Positions 48,039 through 58,910 of a DNA stretch of 64,000 nucleotides are shown piece by piece. The stretch's first letter is position 1; each line of letters begins with the position of its first letter. This stretch comes from Nitrospinales bacterium (GTDB lineage Bacteria; Nitrospinota; Nitrospinia; Nitrospinales; VA-1). The notes below the pieces were generated by a model that saw only the letters and a program-made list of their open reading frames with translations, made no database searches and was not told where the DNA came from. The stretch lies in the NCBI GenBank assembly GCA_965223345.1, contig CBDCWG010000001.1, forward strand, positions 1 to 64,000, read 5' to 3'. The position numbers and the translations under genes are program-made.

Positions 48039-49020
48039 GCGTGAATCCGATGCGCTCCTGCACGATGTACAACGGACGGCGGACGACTTCCGTGTGGATG
48101 TGCCCGATGTAAAGCGCGATCATGCCCAGCGCCGCCAGCACGACGCCGAACAGCAGCGTGTTGAAGACCACGAAATAAGCCAGCGGTGTGTAGATGGCGC
48201 TGAAGGCGAATTGGGTGACGATCATATAAAACAACACCGAAAGGGACAGCGTGAGCACCAGAATCCCCAGCCAGCCGGTGATGCGCAACGGCAGCAGCGA
48301 AAAGGAAGTGAATGAGTTGACCGCAAGATTGACCAGATCGTGGAAGTTGAAGGCGGAATTGCCGTTGACCCGTGCCGGCGAGGAAAACGTGACGAAGGTT
48401 TTCCGGAATCCCATCCAATCGATGATGCCTCTGAAAAAGCGCGTCCGCTCCTCGAAGGTGCGCAACACTTTCAGCACCTCTTTGTCGAGCAGCCTGAAAT
48501 CCGTGACCTTCGCCTGCGTCTTCAGGTCCGAATAGCGGTTCAGCATGAAGTAGAACAGCTTGGCCCCGAGCTTGCGCATCCAGGAATACTGAATGGTGTT
48601 TCGTTTGGTGGCGACCACGTGGTAGCCCTTTTCCCACTGCGCCACCAGTTCTCCGATCAGAGACGGCGGGTGCTGCAGATCCGCGTCGATGCAGATCACC
48701 GCATCGACGTTGCCCACCGCCTCCACGCCTGCTGTCAGTGCGATCTCCTTGCCGAAGTTGCGGGACAAAGACACGCCCTTGATGCGTGGGTCGAAACGGG
48801 CCAGATCCTCGATCACCTCCCAGGAACCGTCGGTGCTGCCGTCGTCGACGAACAGAATTTCCCAGAAATAGGAATCCAATCGTTCCAGGTGCTGATTGAG
48901 TTCGTCGAAAAACGGTTTCAGGTTTTGCGATTCGTTGTAGGCAGGGACGATGACCGCGATTTTCGCCTTGCGGTTTTCGGGTTTGGAATGGGGAATGGAT
49001 CTTTCCTGAATCGTATCCAA
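48031..49020 (-). CDS. GtrB/DPM1-like polyprenol-phosphate glycosyltransferase (GT2 with two C-terminal TMs)
   Basis: VPAYNE, VDDGSTD, SRNFGKE, DADLQHPP, DFRLLD, RP.YIV; TTG start with GGAGG RBS. Confidence 0.9.
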   Translation of the reverse strand: MDTIQERSIPHSKPENRKAKIAVIVPAYNESQNLKPFFDELNQHLERLDSYFWEILFVDDGSTDGSWEVIEDLARFDPRIKGVSLSRNFGKEIALTAGVEAVGNVDAVICIDADLQHPPSLIGELVAQWEKGYHVVATKRNTIQYSWMRKLGAKLFYFMLNRYSDLKTQAKVTDFRLLDKEVLKVLRTFEERTRFFRGIIDWMGFRKTFVTFSSPARVNGNSAFNFHDLVNLAVNSFTSFSLLPLRITGWLGILVLTLSLSVLFYMIVTQFAFSAIYTPLAYFVVFNTLLFGVVLAALGMIALYIGHIHTEVVRRPLYIVQERIGFTHE

Positions 49021-49390
49021 GCGGGTCTCCTCCGATATTGGGCTCGCGCACCGCCCGCGGGCGGCGGGATCGAAACAAACAAAGCGCCGGGGCCCCTCCA
49101 AAAACCCAGGCAACGTCTTCTTGAATTTTTCGGGTGCCAAAAAAAGAAACTTGATACTTCGGCGCTTATTTTATGCGAATCCCGGTGTCCTGTAAATGAC
49201 CCTGATCGCATTTCACTCAGTTTTTTAAATGTGCAGAGTTTTTGAGTTTTAAAAGACGCCGGCCCAAACCGGGATGAAAAAAATCCACCTGCATTTTTCG
49301 GTTCAGGATTTTTAAAAACACCCGATCTGTTTAACAGGAAGGGTAACAACCTCAATCGATTTCAGAACTGTTTTTACCGACAGGATGCGT

Positions 49391-50755
49391 ATGAATTCGT
49401 TGCGCGTTTCCCAATTCGCCCTATCCGGAGGCAGGCGGGTTTTCCGGTCGATCACCCATTCCGCTTCCCGGATCAAGCCCTTGTTGAACTGGATCGACCC
49501 CGGATTGCGTTCGCGGTTGAAGCGCGGCTTCACCGACTGGGTGTTCGACAATTTCTACCGCCGCGGCGGCCAGGCGAAAGAAAAGTCCTTTCCTCTCAAT
49601 CAGTCCGATCAAGACCGCACGTTGCGCCAACAGGGTTCGCACCTACTTCCCGGCGTCAACCTGATCGGGTTTCCCCGCGTCCGCATCGGAGACGGCGAGT
49701 TCCTGCGCCAGACCGCGCTCAGCTTCCACGCGGCGAACGTCGCATTTTCCCTGCTGGAATTTCCCTGTGCGCTTCCCGTCGATGCCGGCGACGAACGCTT
49801 CAAAGATCATCTGCGCGCCGACAACCCGTATGATATCAATATCTTCTATTTAAAGCCGGATCAGTTGCCCGGCGCCGTCGTGCAGCTGGGTGAATCCTGC
49901 ATCCGCGATCGCTACAACATCGGCTACTGGACCTGGGAGCTTGCCGAGTTCCCCGATGCCTGGTGCAAGTCTCTGGATTTTCTCGACGAAGTCTGGTGTC
50001 CCTCCCGTTTCATCCAGTCGGCCATCGCGGCGAAAGCCGCCAACCCGGTGATCCACGCTCCGTTTCCGATCGAGATGGACCCGGCGCCGTCGGCCTGGAA
50101 CCGAAACCGGCTGGGTTTGCCTGAAGGTGTGTTCCTCTTCCTCTTTGCCTTTGATTTCAAGTCCGGTTTCGCCCGCAAGAACCCGCTCGCCTGCATCGAG
50201 GCGTTCAAAAAAGCCTTTCCCGGGAAAAGCCACCCCGTGGGTCTGGTGATCAAATCGATGGACGGAGCGCAATACCCGCAGCAATTGCTTGCGCTTGAAG
50301 AACAGGTCCGCAGCGATGCGAGAATCGTGCACATCGATCGATCGCTGCCCTGGCAGGGCATGGCCGGTCTGATGCGGCACTGCGACAGTTTCGTCTCCCT
50401 GCACCGCTCGGAAGGCATCGGCCTCGGCATGGCGCAGAGTATGCTGCTGGGAAAACCGGTGATCGCGACGAACTATTCCGGCAACACGGATTTCATGCAC
50501 GACGGCAACGCCTGTCTGGTGGATCACGAACTGGTGCCGGTGAAGGAAGGGGACTATCTCTTTGCAGCCGGCCAGGTGTGGGCGGAGCCGGATGTGGATC
50601 AGGCGGCGTGGTTCATGAAACGGCTGCTGGAGCAGGAATCGTTCCGGGAGTCCATCGCTCGCGAGGGCAGAGACACCCTGAGGTTGTATTACAACGCGCC
50701 CTTCATCGGGCAAAAGTACAAACGCCGCCTCGAGAACCTCGGGTTGCCCGTCTGA
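49391..50755 (+). CDS. GT4 glycosyltransferase
   Basis: GYWTWEL, RKNP, SLHRSEG.GL.MA..M.LGKPVIAT.YSGN motifs. Confidence 0.9.
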   Translation: MNSLRVSQFALSGGRRVFRSITHSASRIKPLLNWIDPGLRSRLKRGFTDWVFDNFYRRGGQAKEKSFPLNQSDQDRTLRQQGSHLLPGVNLIGFPRVRIGDGEFLRQTALSFHAANVAFSLLEFPCALPVDAGDERFKDHLRADNPYDINIFYLKPDQLPGAVVQLGESCIRDRYNIGYWTWELAEFPDAWCKSLDFLDEVWCPSRFIQSAIAAKAANPVIHAPFPIEMDPAPSAWNRNRLGLPEGVFLFLFAFDFKSGFARKNPLACIEAFKKAFPGKSHPVGLVIKSMDGAQYPQQLLALEEQVRSDARIVHIDRSLPWQGMAGLMRHCDSFVSLHRSEGIGLGMAQSMLLGKPVIATNYSGNTDFMHDGNACLVDHELVPVKEGDYLFAAGQVWAEPDVDQAAWFMKRLLEQESFRESIAREGRDTLRLYYNAPFIGQKYKRRLENLGLPV

Positions 50756-50777
50756 CGCATCCCCGCACGCCCCGCCT

Positions 50778-51671
50778 TCACTCCTTTTGTGAAACCCCCG
50801 ATTTCAGGCATAGGTCCAGCGCCTCCTGCCAGGACGGCAGGCGGACGCCGAACGCCCGTTCGAGTTTTTCGTTGCTGAGCACCGAATAGGGAGGGCGCAC
50901 CGCCGGCGTCGGAAACTCAGAGGTTGCGATCGGCACCACGCGCGGCGGCTTCGCAAGCTTGGATCCTTCAAGAATAGCCTTGGCGAATCCGTACCAGGTG
51001 GTTTGCCCAGCACAGGATAGATGGTAGGTTCCTGTTCGCTGTGCATCCGGGCGGGAGATTCCCTGCGGATACCAGCTGTTGAGGATTTGCAGCGTGGCTT
51101 CGGCGATCGAGCGGCACCAGGAGGGCGCGCCGGTCTGATCGTCCACCATGGTCAGCGTGTCGCGTTCCTCTGCCAGTTTGCGCACCAGCAGAAAAAAGTT
51201 TTTTCCCCGCCCGCCGTACACCCAGCTTGTGCGCAGGATCAGATGCGGGATTCCCGCCTGCCGCAACGCGTCCTCGCCGTCGCGTTTGCTGCTCCCGTAC
51301 ACGCTCTGCGGGTTGGTAGGGTCGTCTTCCACATACGGTCCCGTGCTTTTCAAGCCGTCGAACACGTAATCCGTCGAGAAATGCACCAGCGCCGCGTCGA
51401 GCGCCTTCGCCTCTTCGGCCATCACCGCCACCGCCGTCGCGTTCAACGCCTGCGCCTGCTCCGGCTCGCTCTCGGCGCGGTTCACATCCGTGTAGGCGGC
51501 GGCGTTGACGATGAGCTCCGGACGCATCCGCCGCAGAGTCTCGCGGATGGCATCCGGATTTGAAAGATCCAGCTCCTGCCTGCCGGTCGCCGCCGTTTCG
51601 CCCCAGTCGGGCAGAAGCCGCGCCAGCTCCCAGCCGATCTGTCCGTTTTTGCCGGTCAAAAGAACACGCAT
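50778..51671 (-). CDS. rfbD: dTDP-4-dehydrorhamnose reductase
   Basis: TGKNGQIG, NAAAYT.V, STDYVFDG, YG.SK, RTSWVY, RP.YS motifs. Confidence 0.95.
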   Translation of the reverse strand: MRVLLTGKNGQIGWELARLLPDWGETAATGRQELDLSNPDAIRETLRRMRPELIVNAAAYTDVNRAESEPEQAQALNATAVAVMAEEAKALDAALVHFSTDYVFDGLKSTGPYVEDDPTNPQSVYGSSKRDGEDALRQAGIPHLILRTSWVYGGRGKNFFLLVRKLAEERDTLTMVDDQTGAPSWCRSIAEATLQILNSWYPQGISRPDAQRTGTYHLSCAGQTTWYGFAKAILEGSKLAKPPRVVPIATSEFPTPAVRPPYSVLSNEKLERAFGVRLPSWQEALDLCLKSGVSQKE

Positions 51672-51695
51672 AGATGGAATCGCACGAGTGAGCGT

Positions 51696-52577
51696 TCAGG
51701 GGCGGATGTGGCGGGCCAGGGACAGCAGGTATTTGCCGTAGCCGTTGTTTTTGAACGGCTGCGCCAGCGCTTCCAGTTGTTGCTGTGTGATCCGGCCGGT
51801 TCGATAGGCGATTTCCTCCGGACAACAGACCTTGAGCCCCTGCCGGTTCTCGATGGTTTCGATGAAATTGGCCGCCGCGAGCAGAGAATCGTGCGAGCCC
51901 GTGTCCAGCCAGGCGAACCCGCGCCCCATCTTCTCCAGACTCAACCGGTTTTTTTCCAGATAGGCCTTGTTGACATCGGTGATCTCCAGTTCCCCGCGCG
52001 CCGAGGGTTTGAGACCTGCCGCGATGTCCACCACGCTGTTGTCGTAAAAATACAAGCCGGTGATGGCGTAATTGGATTTGGGCTGTTTTGGTTTTTCTTC
52101 GATGCGGATCACGTTGCCGGCAGCGTCGAATTCGGGGATGCCGTAGTTTTCCGGATCGTTCACCCAATAGCCGAACACCGTGGCTCCCTCGTTGCGCTGG
52201 CGGGCTTTCTGCAACAGGCCGCTCAGGCCCTGGCCGTAGAACACGTTGTCTCCCAGGATCAGGCAGCAGCCGTCGTTGCCGATGAAATCGCGGCCGATGA
52301 GAAACGCCTGCGCCAGCCCTTCCGGAGCCGGCTGCACCGCGTAGTGGATGCGCAGGCCCCATTGCGACCCGTCTTTGAGCAGCGCTTCGAACAGGTGACG
52401 GTCCCCGGGCGTGGTGATGATCAGAACATCGCCGATGCCCGCCAGCATGAGCGTGCTCAGGGGATAGTAGATCATCGGCTTGTCGTAAAGCGGCATGAGC
52501 TGCTTGCTCACCACCTGGGTCAGTGGATACAGCCGCGTTCCCGATCCGCCCGCGAGTATGATTCCCTTTTCGATCAT
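51696..52577 (-). CDS. rfbA: Glucose-1-phosphate thymidylyltransferase
   Basis: [39 protein letters not shown] motifs. Confidence 0.97.
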   Translation of the reverse strand: MIEKGIILAGGSGTRLYPLTQVVSKQLMPLYDKPMIYYPLSTLMLAGIGDVLIITTPGDRHLFEALLKDGSQWGLRIHYAVQPAPEGLAQAFLIGRDFIGNDGCCLILGDNVFYGQGLSGLLQKARQRNEGATVFGYWVNDPENYGIPEFDAAGNVIRIEEKPKQPKSNYAITGLYFYDNSVVDIAAGLKPSARGELEITDVNKAYLEKNRLSLEKMGRGFAWLDTGSHDSLLAAANFIETIENRQGLKVCCPEEIAYRTGRITQQQLEALAQPFKNNGYGKYLLSLARHIRP

Positions 52578-53662
52578 GATTTCATCGCACCCTTCGCGGC
52601 ACCCTTCGCGCCGAGTCCCAGCCGTTCGCCCCGGTACGCGCCCGACATCACCCGTTCCACCCATTTGCGGTTGTCCAGATACCAGGCCGCGGTTTTTTTG
52701 AGACCGCTGGCCAGCGTTTCCTTCGGGGTCCAGCCCAGATCCCGTTTGATTTTATTGGCGTCGATGGCGTAGCGCCGGTCGTGCCCCGGCCGGTCGGCGA
52801 CAAACGCGATCAACGATTTGTGCGGCGCGTGCCCGGAATCGCCCGCCAGTTCGTCGAGCAGGGTGCACAGGGTCTCCACCATTTCCAGATTGGTTTTTTG
52901 ATTGTCGCCGCCGATGTTATACACTTCACCCACCGTTCCCCGCTCCAGGACCCGGGAAAGGGCGCGGCAGTGGTCGTCCACGTAGAGCCAGTCGCGGATG
53001 TGCCTGCCGTCCCCGTACACCGTCAGCGGTTTCCCGTTGAGGGCGTTGTGGATCATCAGGGGAACGAGTTTTTCCGGAAACTGGTACGGGCCGTAGTTGT
53101 TGGAGCAGTTGGTCGTGAGCACCGGCAGGCCGTAGGTCTTGTGATACGAGCGCACCAGATGATCCGAAGCCGCTTTCGACGCCGCGTACGGGGAATTCGG
53201 GGCGTACGGCGTCGTCTCCGTGAACAGGCCGTCGCTGCCGAGCGAGCCGTACACCTCGTCGGTGGAGATGTGCAAAAAGCGGAACCGCTCGCCCGCCTCG
53301 CCGGTCAGGCCGTCGCGATAGGCGCGCGCCGCTTCCAGAAGCTCGAACGTGCCCACCACATTGGTCTGGATGAACTCGGAAGGGCCGTCGATCGAACGGT
53401 CCACGTGCGATTCCGCGGCGAAGTTGAGGATGGCCTCCGGTTTGTGCTGGCGCAGCAGGGCCAGCACCGCATCCCGGTCGCGGATGTCGCCTTCGTGGAA
53501 CAAGTGGCGCGGGTTTTGCGCGACCGATGCCAGCGATTCCAGATTGCCCGCGTAGGTGAGCTTGTCGAAATTGACCACACGGCATTCCGGGTCGGAAAGG
53601 GCATGCAGAACAAAATTGCACCCGATGAATCCCGCGCCGCCGGTGACAAAATAAGTTTTCAT
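52574..53662 (-). CDS. rfbB: dTDP-glucose 4,6-dehydratase
   Basis: [48 protein letters not shown] motifs. Confidence 0.97.
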   Translation of the reverse strand: MKTYFVTGGAGFIGCNFVLHALSDPECRVVNFDKLTYAGNLESLASVAQNPRHLFHEGDIRDRDAVLALLRQHKPEAILNFAAESHVDRSIDGPSEFIQTNVVGTFELLEAARAYRDGLTGEAGERFRFLHISTDEVYGSLGSDGLFTETTPYAPNSPYAASKAASDHLVRSYHKTYGLPVLTTNCSNNYGPYQFPEKLVPLMIHNALNGKPLTVYGDGRHIRDWLYVDDHCRALSRVLERGTVGEVYNIGGDNQKTNLEMVETLCTLLDELAGDSGHAPHKSLIAFVADRPGHDRRYAIDANKIKRDLGWTPKETLASGLKKTAAWYLDNRKWVERVMSGAYRGERLGLGAKGAAKGAMKS

Positions 53663-53909
53663 GGTTTCGATTTCATGCAGCCGGAAAACCCATGGCCGCG
53701 CGGCCAACCCGTCGCCGCCTCCGCGAAAAGACAGTGCCTGCGGGAAGGATGGGATGTGGCTCCTAATGAATATCAACGTCCACCGGGCCGAGTATATGCG
53801 CTCGCCCTGTGCTTTGCAAGTCCGGGCGGGGGAGGGCCGATCCCATGACCGGGCGCATTAAAGGTGTGCCCGCCGCGGCGAACGGCCGCTGTCCGGCCTG
53901 CATGCGGTC

Positions 53910-54899
53910 ATGAAGTCGAGCGTGCCGGTGGCGGTGGTCATCGTGAACTGGAATTCCGCCGGCGATCTGGACCGGTGCCTGCGCGCGCTTGCGGCGCAGA
54001 CCGTGCGGCCGCACAAAATCCTCGTCGTGGACAATGCCAGCAGCGACGCGTCCCTCGCTGCGGTGGAGGCGCACTTCCCGCTTTGCGATCTCGTATGTCT
54101 GAACGAAAACACCGGCTTCGCCGCCGCCAACAATTTCGCCGTGCGCGTGTGCGCGGGCTGCGAATGGATCGCGTTTCTGAATCCCGATGCGTTCGCCGAA
54201 TCCAACTGGCTGCAATCTTTGTACGCCCGCGCTACGCGTGAAAAGGGGTTTTCCTTTTTCGGCAGCCACATGATCCGCTATGGAAGCGAAGCGGTGCTGG
54301 ACGGCACCGGCGATTCGTATCACGTCAGCGGCCTCGCCTGGCGGCGCGATCACGGCGCTCCCGTTTCCCGGACCTACCGCAGCACCGGAGAGGTGTTCGC
54401 GCCCTGCGCCGCCGCCGCGTTGATCCGGCGCGATCTCTTTCTCAGCGCCGGCGGTTTCGACGAAGACCACCATTCCTATTTTGAAGATGTGGATCTGGCT
54501 TTCCGTCTGCGGCTGCTCGGGCGCCGCAGCCTGTACGTGGCCGAGGCGCGGGTGCACCATGTCGGTTCCGGTTCCACCCACCGCTACAGCGCCTACGCGG
54601 TCTACCACGGCAACCGCAATCTGGTCTGGACGTATCTGAAGAACATGCCCACACCGTTGATCTGGGTGTACCTCCCCCAGCACCTGCTGGCCAACGCCGC
54701 GGCGCTCTTCTGGTACACGCTCAGGAAACAGGGCAAAGCGGTGTTTCGCGCCAAGTGGGACGCGCTTTGCGGGTGCCGGTCGATGTGGACAAAACGCAAG
54801 CGCATTCAGGCGCAGCGCCGGGTTCCCGTGCGCGCGATCCGGCAGGCGATGCGCAAGGGAGTGGCGCTGCCGTATTGCAGACGCAAACGCAGGTGTTGA
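53910..54899 (+). CDS. GT2 glycosyltransferase
   Basis: VNWN, VDNASSD, NTGFAAANN, LNPD, GGFDE..SYFEDVDL motifs. Confidence 0.92.
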   Translation: MKSSVPVAVVIVNWNSAGDLDRCLRALAAQTVRPHKILVVDNASSDASLAAVEAHFPLCDLVCLNENTGFAAANNFAVRVCAGCEWIAFLNPDAFAESNWLQSLYARATREKGFSFFGSHMIRYGSEAVLDGTGDSYHVSGLAWRRDHGAPVSRTYRSTGEVFAPCAAAALIRRDLFLSAGGFDEDHHSYFEDVDLAFRLRLLGRRSLYVAEARVHHVGSGSTHRYSAYAVYHGNRNLVWTYLKNMPTPLIWVYLPQHLLANAAALFWYTLRKQGKAVFRAKWDALCGCRSMWTKRKRIQAQRRVPVRAIRQAMRKGVALPYCRRKRRC

Positions 54900-57008
54900 C
54901 TATTCGCCGTCCGGGTCCGGCGTTTTCTGTGCCAGCGCCGCAAGTTGCGCCTGCAGGCGCTTCCGCCTTTGCGGGTCGTGGGTCAAAGACAGCGCCGCCT
55001 GCAGATGTGAGCGGGCTTTATCGCGGTCCCTGTCCGACTGCGTGAGGAGGGTGGCCAGGTTGTAATGCGCGTCGGCGAGGTTCGGGTCGAGATCGAGCGC
55101 GCGGCCGAATTCCGCCTGCGCCTCTTTCATCTTTCCTTTTTCGATCATCAGGATTCCCAGGTTGTTGAGCGCTCGGCTGCGTTTTCCCGGCGGGCCCGAT
55201 ACTTTGCGGTAGGTTTCGATCGCCCGTTCCTTGCGCCCGGTGGCGTTGAAGATGTGCCCCAGCAGCAGCAGGCCGTCGGCGGATTGCGGGACTTTTTGCA
55301 GAAACCCGGTGAGCAAAGATTCCGCTTCCTCGAGCAGTCCCAGTTTCACATCCACCTTGGCGCGGTTGAGCGCCAGCTCCGGCGGCTGTGCGTAGCCCCA
55401 GCGATACAGGGTGTAGCGTTCCTCGGCCATCGCATAGTGGGCGCGCGCTTCTTCATAACGCCCGGTGGAGGCGTACAGGGAAGCGAGGTTGAAATGCCCG
55501 GTCGGGATCGTCGGGTCGCTGGCGATGGCCGCCTTGAACTCATGTTCCGCCTGCCGGGCGTTGCCGAAGTGGGTGTGCAGGCTGCCCAGATTGTTGTGCG
55601 CGAATGAGAGATAAAACGGCGACGCTTTCGAGGCCGCCAGTTGGGTGAGCGTGACGAGGGCCCGGTCGTAGTTTTTATCGCGCAGGTAAAAATGGCTGAG
55701 GTTGTGCAGCGCCCGCAGCTTGCCGGGAGATTTTTTCAGCGCGTCTTCCCAGAGCCGCACGTTGGAGGTGTACAGGCCGTTTCGGTGAATGAGCAGCGCC
55801 GCAAAGGAAACCAGCAGCACCGCAGCGCAGGCGATTCCCCACCCCCGCATCCGCGAGTGCGCCGCATCCCGCCCGCCGAACAACCCGTGGACCCAGGCGG
55901 CGAGCAACAGGCTCACGCCCACCGAAGGCAGGTAGAGATTGCGTTCGCTCAGAAGATCCGGCCGCGGTAACAAACTGTTGGTGGGGGCGAGGCCGATCAG
56001 AAACCACAGCAGCGCAAAGATCACCAGAAGGTGGGCGTTCGCCCGTTCCCGGAGCCCGGCATGGATGCCAAAGAGCAGCAGGACCACGCCGATCCACAGC
56101 ACGATCCCATAGGAGAAAAATCCAGAGGTGAAATCGTAATCGAACGTCAGGTTGACCGGCCAGAAGAACAGTTTGATCGCGTACGCTACCACGGCGGTCT
56201 GCATCCCGGCGTAGGACACATCGATGCGCGGCAGCCACTGGCCGAGCTGCGCCCGCAGATCCGGTGACAGAAACAGCAGAGCGAGGCCCGCACACAAAAC
56301 CGGCAGGTAGAAACCATACAGCCGCTGCCGGAAAGGCTTGAAGGCGGCGCCGCGCATGAACAGCGCATCGTACACAAACAGCAGGAGAGGCAGGACGGCG
56401 CTGGTTTCCTTGCTCAGCAGCGCACCAAAAAAACCGAGCAGCGAACCCGCATACAGCGTGACGCCACGCCACCCACTGCCGGATGATTTCAGGCTGGCTG
56501 CGATGAACGCGAGCAGGGAAAGCAGGCAGAACAAACCGGAGAGGCCGCTGGCGCGTCCCGAAACGTAAGTGACCGCTTCCGAATGGACCGGGTTCAGGGC
56601 GAAAATCAGCGCCGTGAGCGCGGCGATGGAAAAGGCTGTGCGCCTGCCCCAGCCCAGGCCCCGGTCGAGGGTGAGAAACGCGATCATGAGCAACGCCAGC
56701 GAACTGCAAGCGTGCAGCAGGACATTGAACACGTGGTAACCGAACGGGTCCAGGCCTCCCAGTGCGTGATTCCACGCCAGCGTCAGATAAAACAGGTGGC
56801 GGTAACGCAGCGGGTGCCAGTCGTAGAAGCGCTCGCCCTCAAGTCCGATATCGTGACGGATCGTGGCCTCATCGTCGTAGTTGAAAGGCGCCTCCAGGCT
56901 GTTGCCGTAGGTCAGCGCCACGGCCGCAAGCAGCAGCACGCAGGTCCCAAGCACCTGCAGGCGTGACGGTGGATTTTCAGGCGGCGGGGTCACGGCGTTT
57001 TTTTTCAT
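54900..57008 (-). CDS. TMTC-like GT-C glycosyltransferase with C-terminal TPR repeats
   Basis: F.YDD acidic motif, YH..N.LLH, P.HSEAV.YVSGR, LLSKE, ERNLYLPS, then TPRs (AHNNLG, HFNLA, ALNNLG, AHYNLA). Confidence 0.88.
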   Translation of the reverse strand: MKKNAVTPPPENPPSRLQVLGTCVLLLAAVALTYGNSLEAPFNYDDEATIRHDIGLEGERFYDWHPLRYRHLFYLTLAWNHALGGLDPFGYHVFNVLLHACSSLALLMIAFLTLDRGLGWGRRTAFSIAALTALIFALNPVHSEAVTYVSGRASGLSGLFCLLSLLAFIAASLKSSGSGWRGVTLYAGSLLGFFGALLSKETSAVLPLLLFVYDALFMRGAAFKPFRQRLYGFYLPVLCAGLALLFLSPDLRAQLGQWLPRIDVSYAGMQTAVVAYAIKLFFWPVNLTFDYDFTSGFFSYGIVLWIGVVLLLFGIHAGLRERANAHLLVIFALLWFLIGLAPTNSLLPRPDLLSERNLYLPSVGVSLLLAAWVHGLFGGRDAAHSRMRGWGIACAAVLLVSFAALLIHRNGLYTSNVRLWEDALKKSPGKLRALHNLSHFYLRDKNYDRALVTLTQLAASKASPFYLSFAHNNLGSLHTHFGNARQAEHEFKAAIASDPTIPTGHFNLASLYASTGRYEEARAHYAMAEERYTLYRWGYAQPPELALNRAKVDVKLGLLEEAESLLTGFLQKVPQSADGLLLLGHIFNATGRKERAIETYRKVSGPPGKRSRALNNLGILMIEKGKMKEAQAEFGRALDLDPNLADAHYNLATLLTQSDRDRDKARSHLQAALSLTHDPQRRKRLQAQLAALAQKTPDPDGE

Positions 57009-58059
57009 GATGTCGCAGCAGGCCGATGAGGCCGGCGATGTTCAGCAGGATGAAAACGAAATAAAACGGAATGAAATGCGGGATGAGGTTGATTCTGTAA
57101 ACCGGCACCATCGCCGACAGGTCGAAATAAAACCCGATCGCAAACAGCAGGCAGATGGTTTTTGCGGGAGACAGTCCCAGCTTGCCCAGCCGGTGGTGCA
57201 GGTGCTCGGCGTCGCGCGAGAACGGGCTGACGCCTTTCACGATGCGGCGCGTCACCGCGAAAACCGTATCCAGGATCGGAATGAGCAGGGTGATCACGGG
57301 AATCAGGTAATAGATCTCATCGGTGTGCCCCTGGTTGAGAGGCAGCAGCGTCACCAGCGAAACCAGCAGGCCGAGCGGCAGGCTGCCCGTGTCGCCGAGG
57401 ATGATCTTCGCCGGCGGAAAATTGAACAGGAAAAAGCCCAGAACGCTTCCCGCCAGCACCACCGCGAGGAACGACGCCTCCGGAATGTTGCGCTCCAGGT
57501 ACACGAAGACCAGGGTCAGGCAGGAGAAAAACACCACACCGCTCGCCAGCCCGTCCATGCCGTCGATCAGGTTCAGGGAATTGGTGATGCCGACGATCCA
57601 GAGGATCGTCAGAACGATGGAAAACCGCCCGAGCTCGATCCAGTCGCCGATGCGTTCGATCTGAAAGCCGGCGAAATAGAGAATCGCGGCGATCACCACC
57701 TGCACCGCCAGTTTGCTGCGCGGGCTGCAATGATACACATCGTCGTAAATCCCCAGGGCGAACATCAACCCCGACCCCAGGGTCAAAACCGCCAGCAGGC
57801 TTTTGTGGTCTTCCGCCAGCAGGCCGGCGAAATAGAAACCCCAGAGCGTGAGCAGAAAGGAAACCAGCACCGGAACGCCGCCGAACGGGCTGACATTTTT
57901 GCCTGCGGAAATCGGCAGCCGGTTGAGAAAGCGGGTGAGTGCGTTGGAGCGGCTGACCGCGTGCACCAGGATAAACGTGAAGGCGAACGAGAGCAGAAAC
58001 GACAGCGTGTATCCCGCGAGAAACGTCGTGCCGGGGATCGCGTGGCTGGAAAACTTCAT
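56977..58059 (-). CDS. MraY/WecA-family undecaprenyl-phosphate HexNAc-1-phosphate transferase
   Basis: GIYDD, NSLNLIDGMDGL, FNFPPAKI.LGDTGS, D.EHLHHRL motifs; ATG at 58059. Confidence 0.92.
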   Translation of the reverse strand: MKFSSHAIPGTTFLAGYTLSFLLSFAFTFILVHAVSRSNALTRFLNRLPISAGKNVSPFGGVPVLVSFLLTLWGFYFAGLLAEDHKSLLAVLTLGSGLMFALGIYDDVYHCSPRSKLAVQVVIAAILYFAGFQIERIGDWIELGRFSIVLTILWIVGITNSLNLIDGMDGLASGVVFFSCLTLVFVYLERNIPEASFLAVVLAGSVLGFFLFNFPPAKIILGDTGSLPLGLLVSLVTLLPLNQGHTDEIYYLIPVITLLIPILDTVFAVTRRIVKGVSPFSRDAEHLHHRLGKLGLSPAKTICLLFAIGFYFDLSAMVPVYRINLIPHFIPFYFVFILLNIAGLIGLLRHHEKKRRDPAA

Positions 58060-58910
58060 CGAAACAGGTTGAGAAACAGTTGTGAAAGGCAGCGCGCGTC
58101 GATGAGCGATTCGACCACGCTCCGCGTCATCCGTCCCTCCGCCGCGTGGTGCTTTTTGAAATAATGCTTCATGCCGCGGTGGCGCTCGATGATGATGCGC
58201 GGCGCGACGCGCCGGTGGCTGGACCCGATGGCGTGATACACCTGCGCTTGCGGAAAATACACCACCGCATGGCCGCTGTTTTTCACGGCGCGGCACAGAT
58301 CGACGTCTTCGTTGAAAAGAAAATACGATTCGTCGAAACCGCCGATGCGTTCGAACACCTCGCGCCGCAGCATCATGCAGCAGCCCGACACCCAGTCCAC
58401 CTCGCGGATCGTGTTGTGGTCGAAATCGGTCATCAGGTAACGGCGCGTGAAGCGGTTTGTGGGAAACAGGCGCGACAACAGCGAGTAGCGGTTGAACAGG
58501 CCCGTCCACAGGGTCGGAAAGCGCCGGCAGGAATACTGCAGGCTGCCGTCGCGGTTCAACACCTTGGGGGCCAGCAAACCGATCCCGGGGTTGGCGTCGA
58601 GATGCGTCTTGAGCTTCGCCACCGCGTTTTCGGTCAATTCCGTATCCGGGTTGAGGAACACCAGGGTCTCGCCCCGGGCGATGGCCGCCGCCTGATTGTT
58701 GGCCCGGCCGAATCCCAGGTTTTCAGCATTGCTCAGCACCCGGATCTTCGGGTAATCCCGCTTGAGTTCCGACATCCCAGGATCTTCACCGCTGTTGTCC
58801 ACGACGATGATTTCGAAATTGTGCTCCGGCAGCGTTTTGGTGATCGAGTCCAGGCAAGCCCTGAGCACGTCGCCGCTCATGTGGTTGACCGTGATAAACG
58901 AAAGCTCCAT
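58056..58910 (-). CDS. GT2 glycosyltransferase (WbbL-like rhamnosyltransferase)
   Basis: VVDN, NLGFGRANN, LNPDT, VDWVSGCC, FDE.YFLFNEDVDLC; adjacent to wecA-like gene and near rfbBAD. Confidence 0.88.
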   Translation of the reverse strand: MELSFITVNHMSGDVLRACLDSITKTLPEHNFEIIVVDNSGEDPGMSELKRDYPKIRVLSNAENLGFGRANNQAAAIARGETLVFLNPDTELTENAVAKLKTHLDANPGIGLLAPKVLNRDGSLQYSCRRFPTLWTGLFNRYSLLSRLFPTNRFTRRYLMTDFDHNTIREVDWVSGCCMMLRREVFERIGGFDESYFLFNEDVDLCRAVKNSGHAVVYFPQAQVYHAIGSSHRRVAPRIIIERHRGMKHYFKKHHAAEGRMTRSVVESLIDARCLSQLFLNLFR

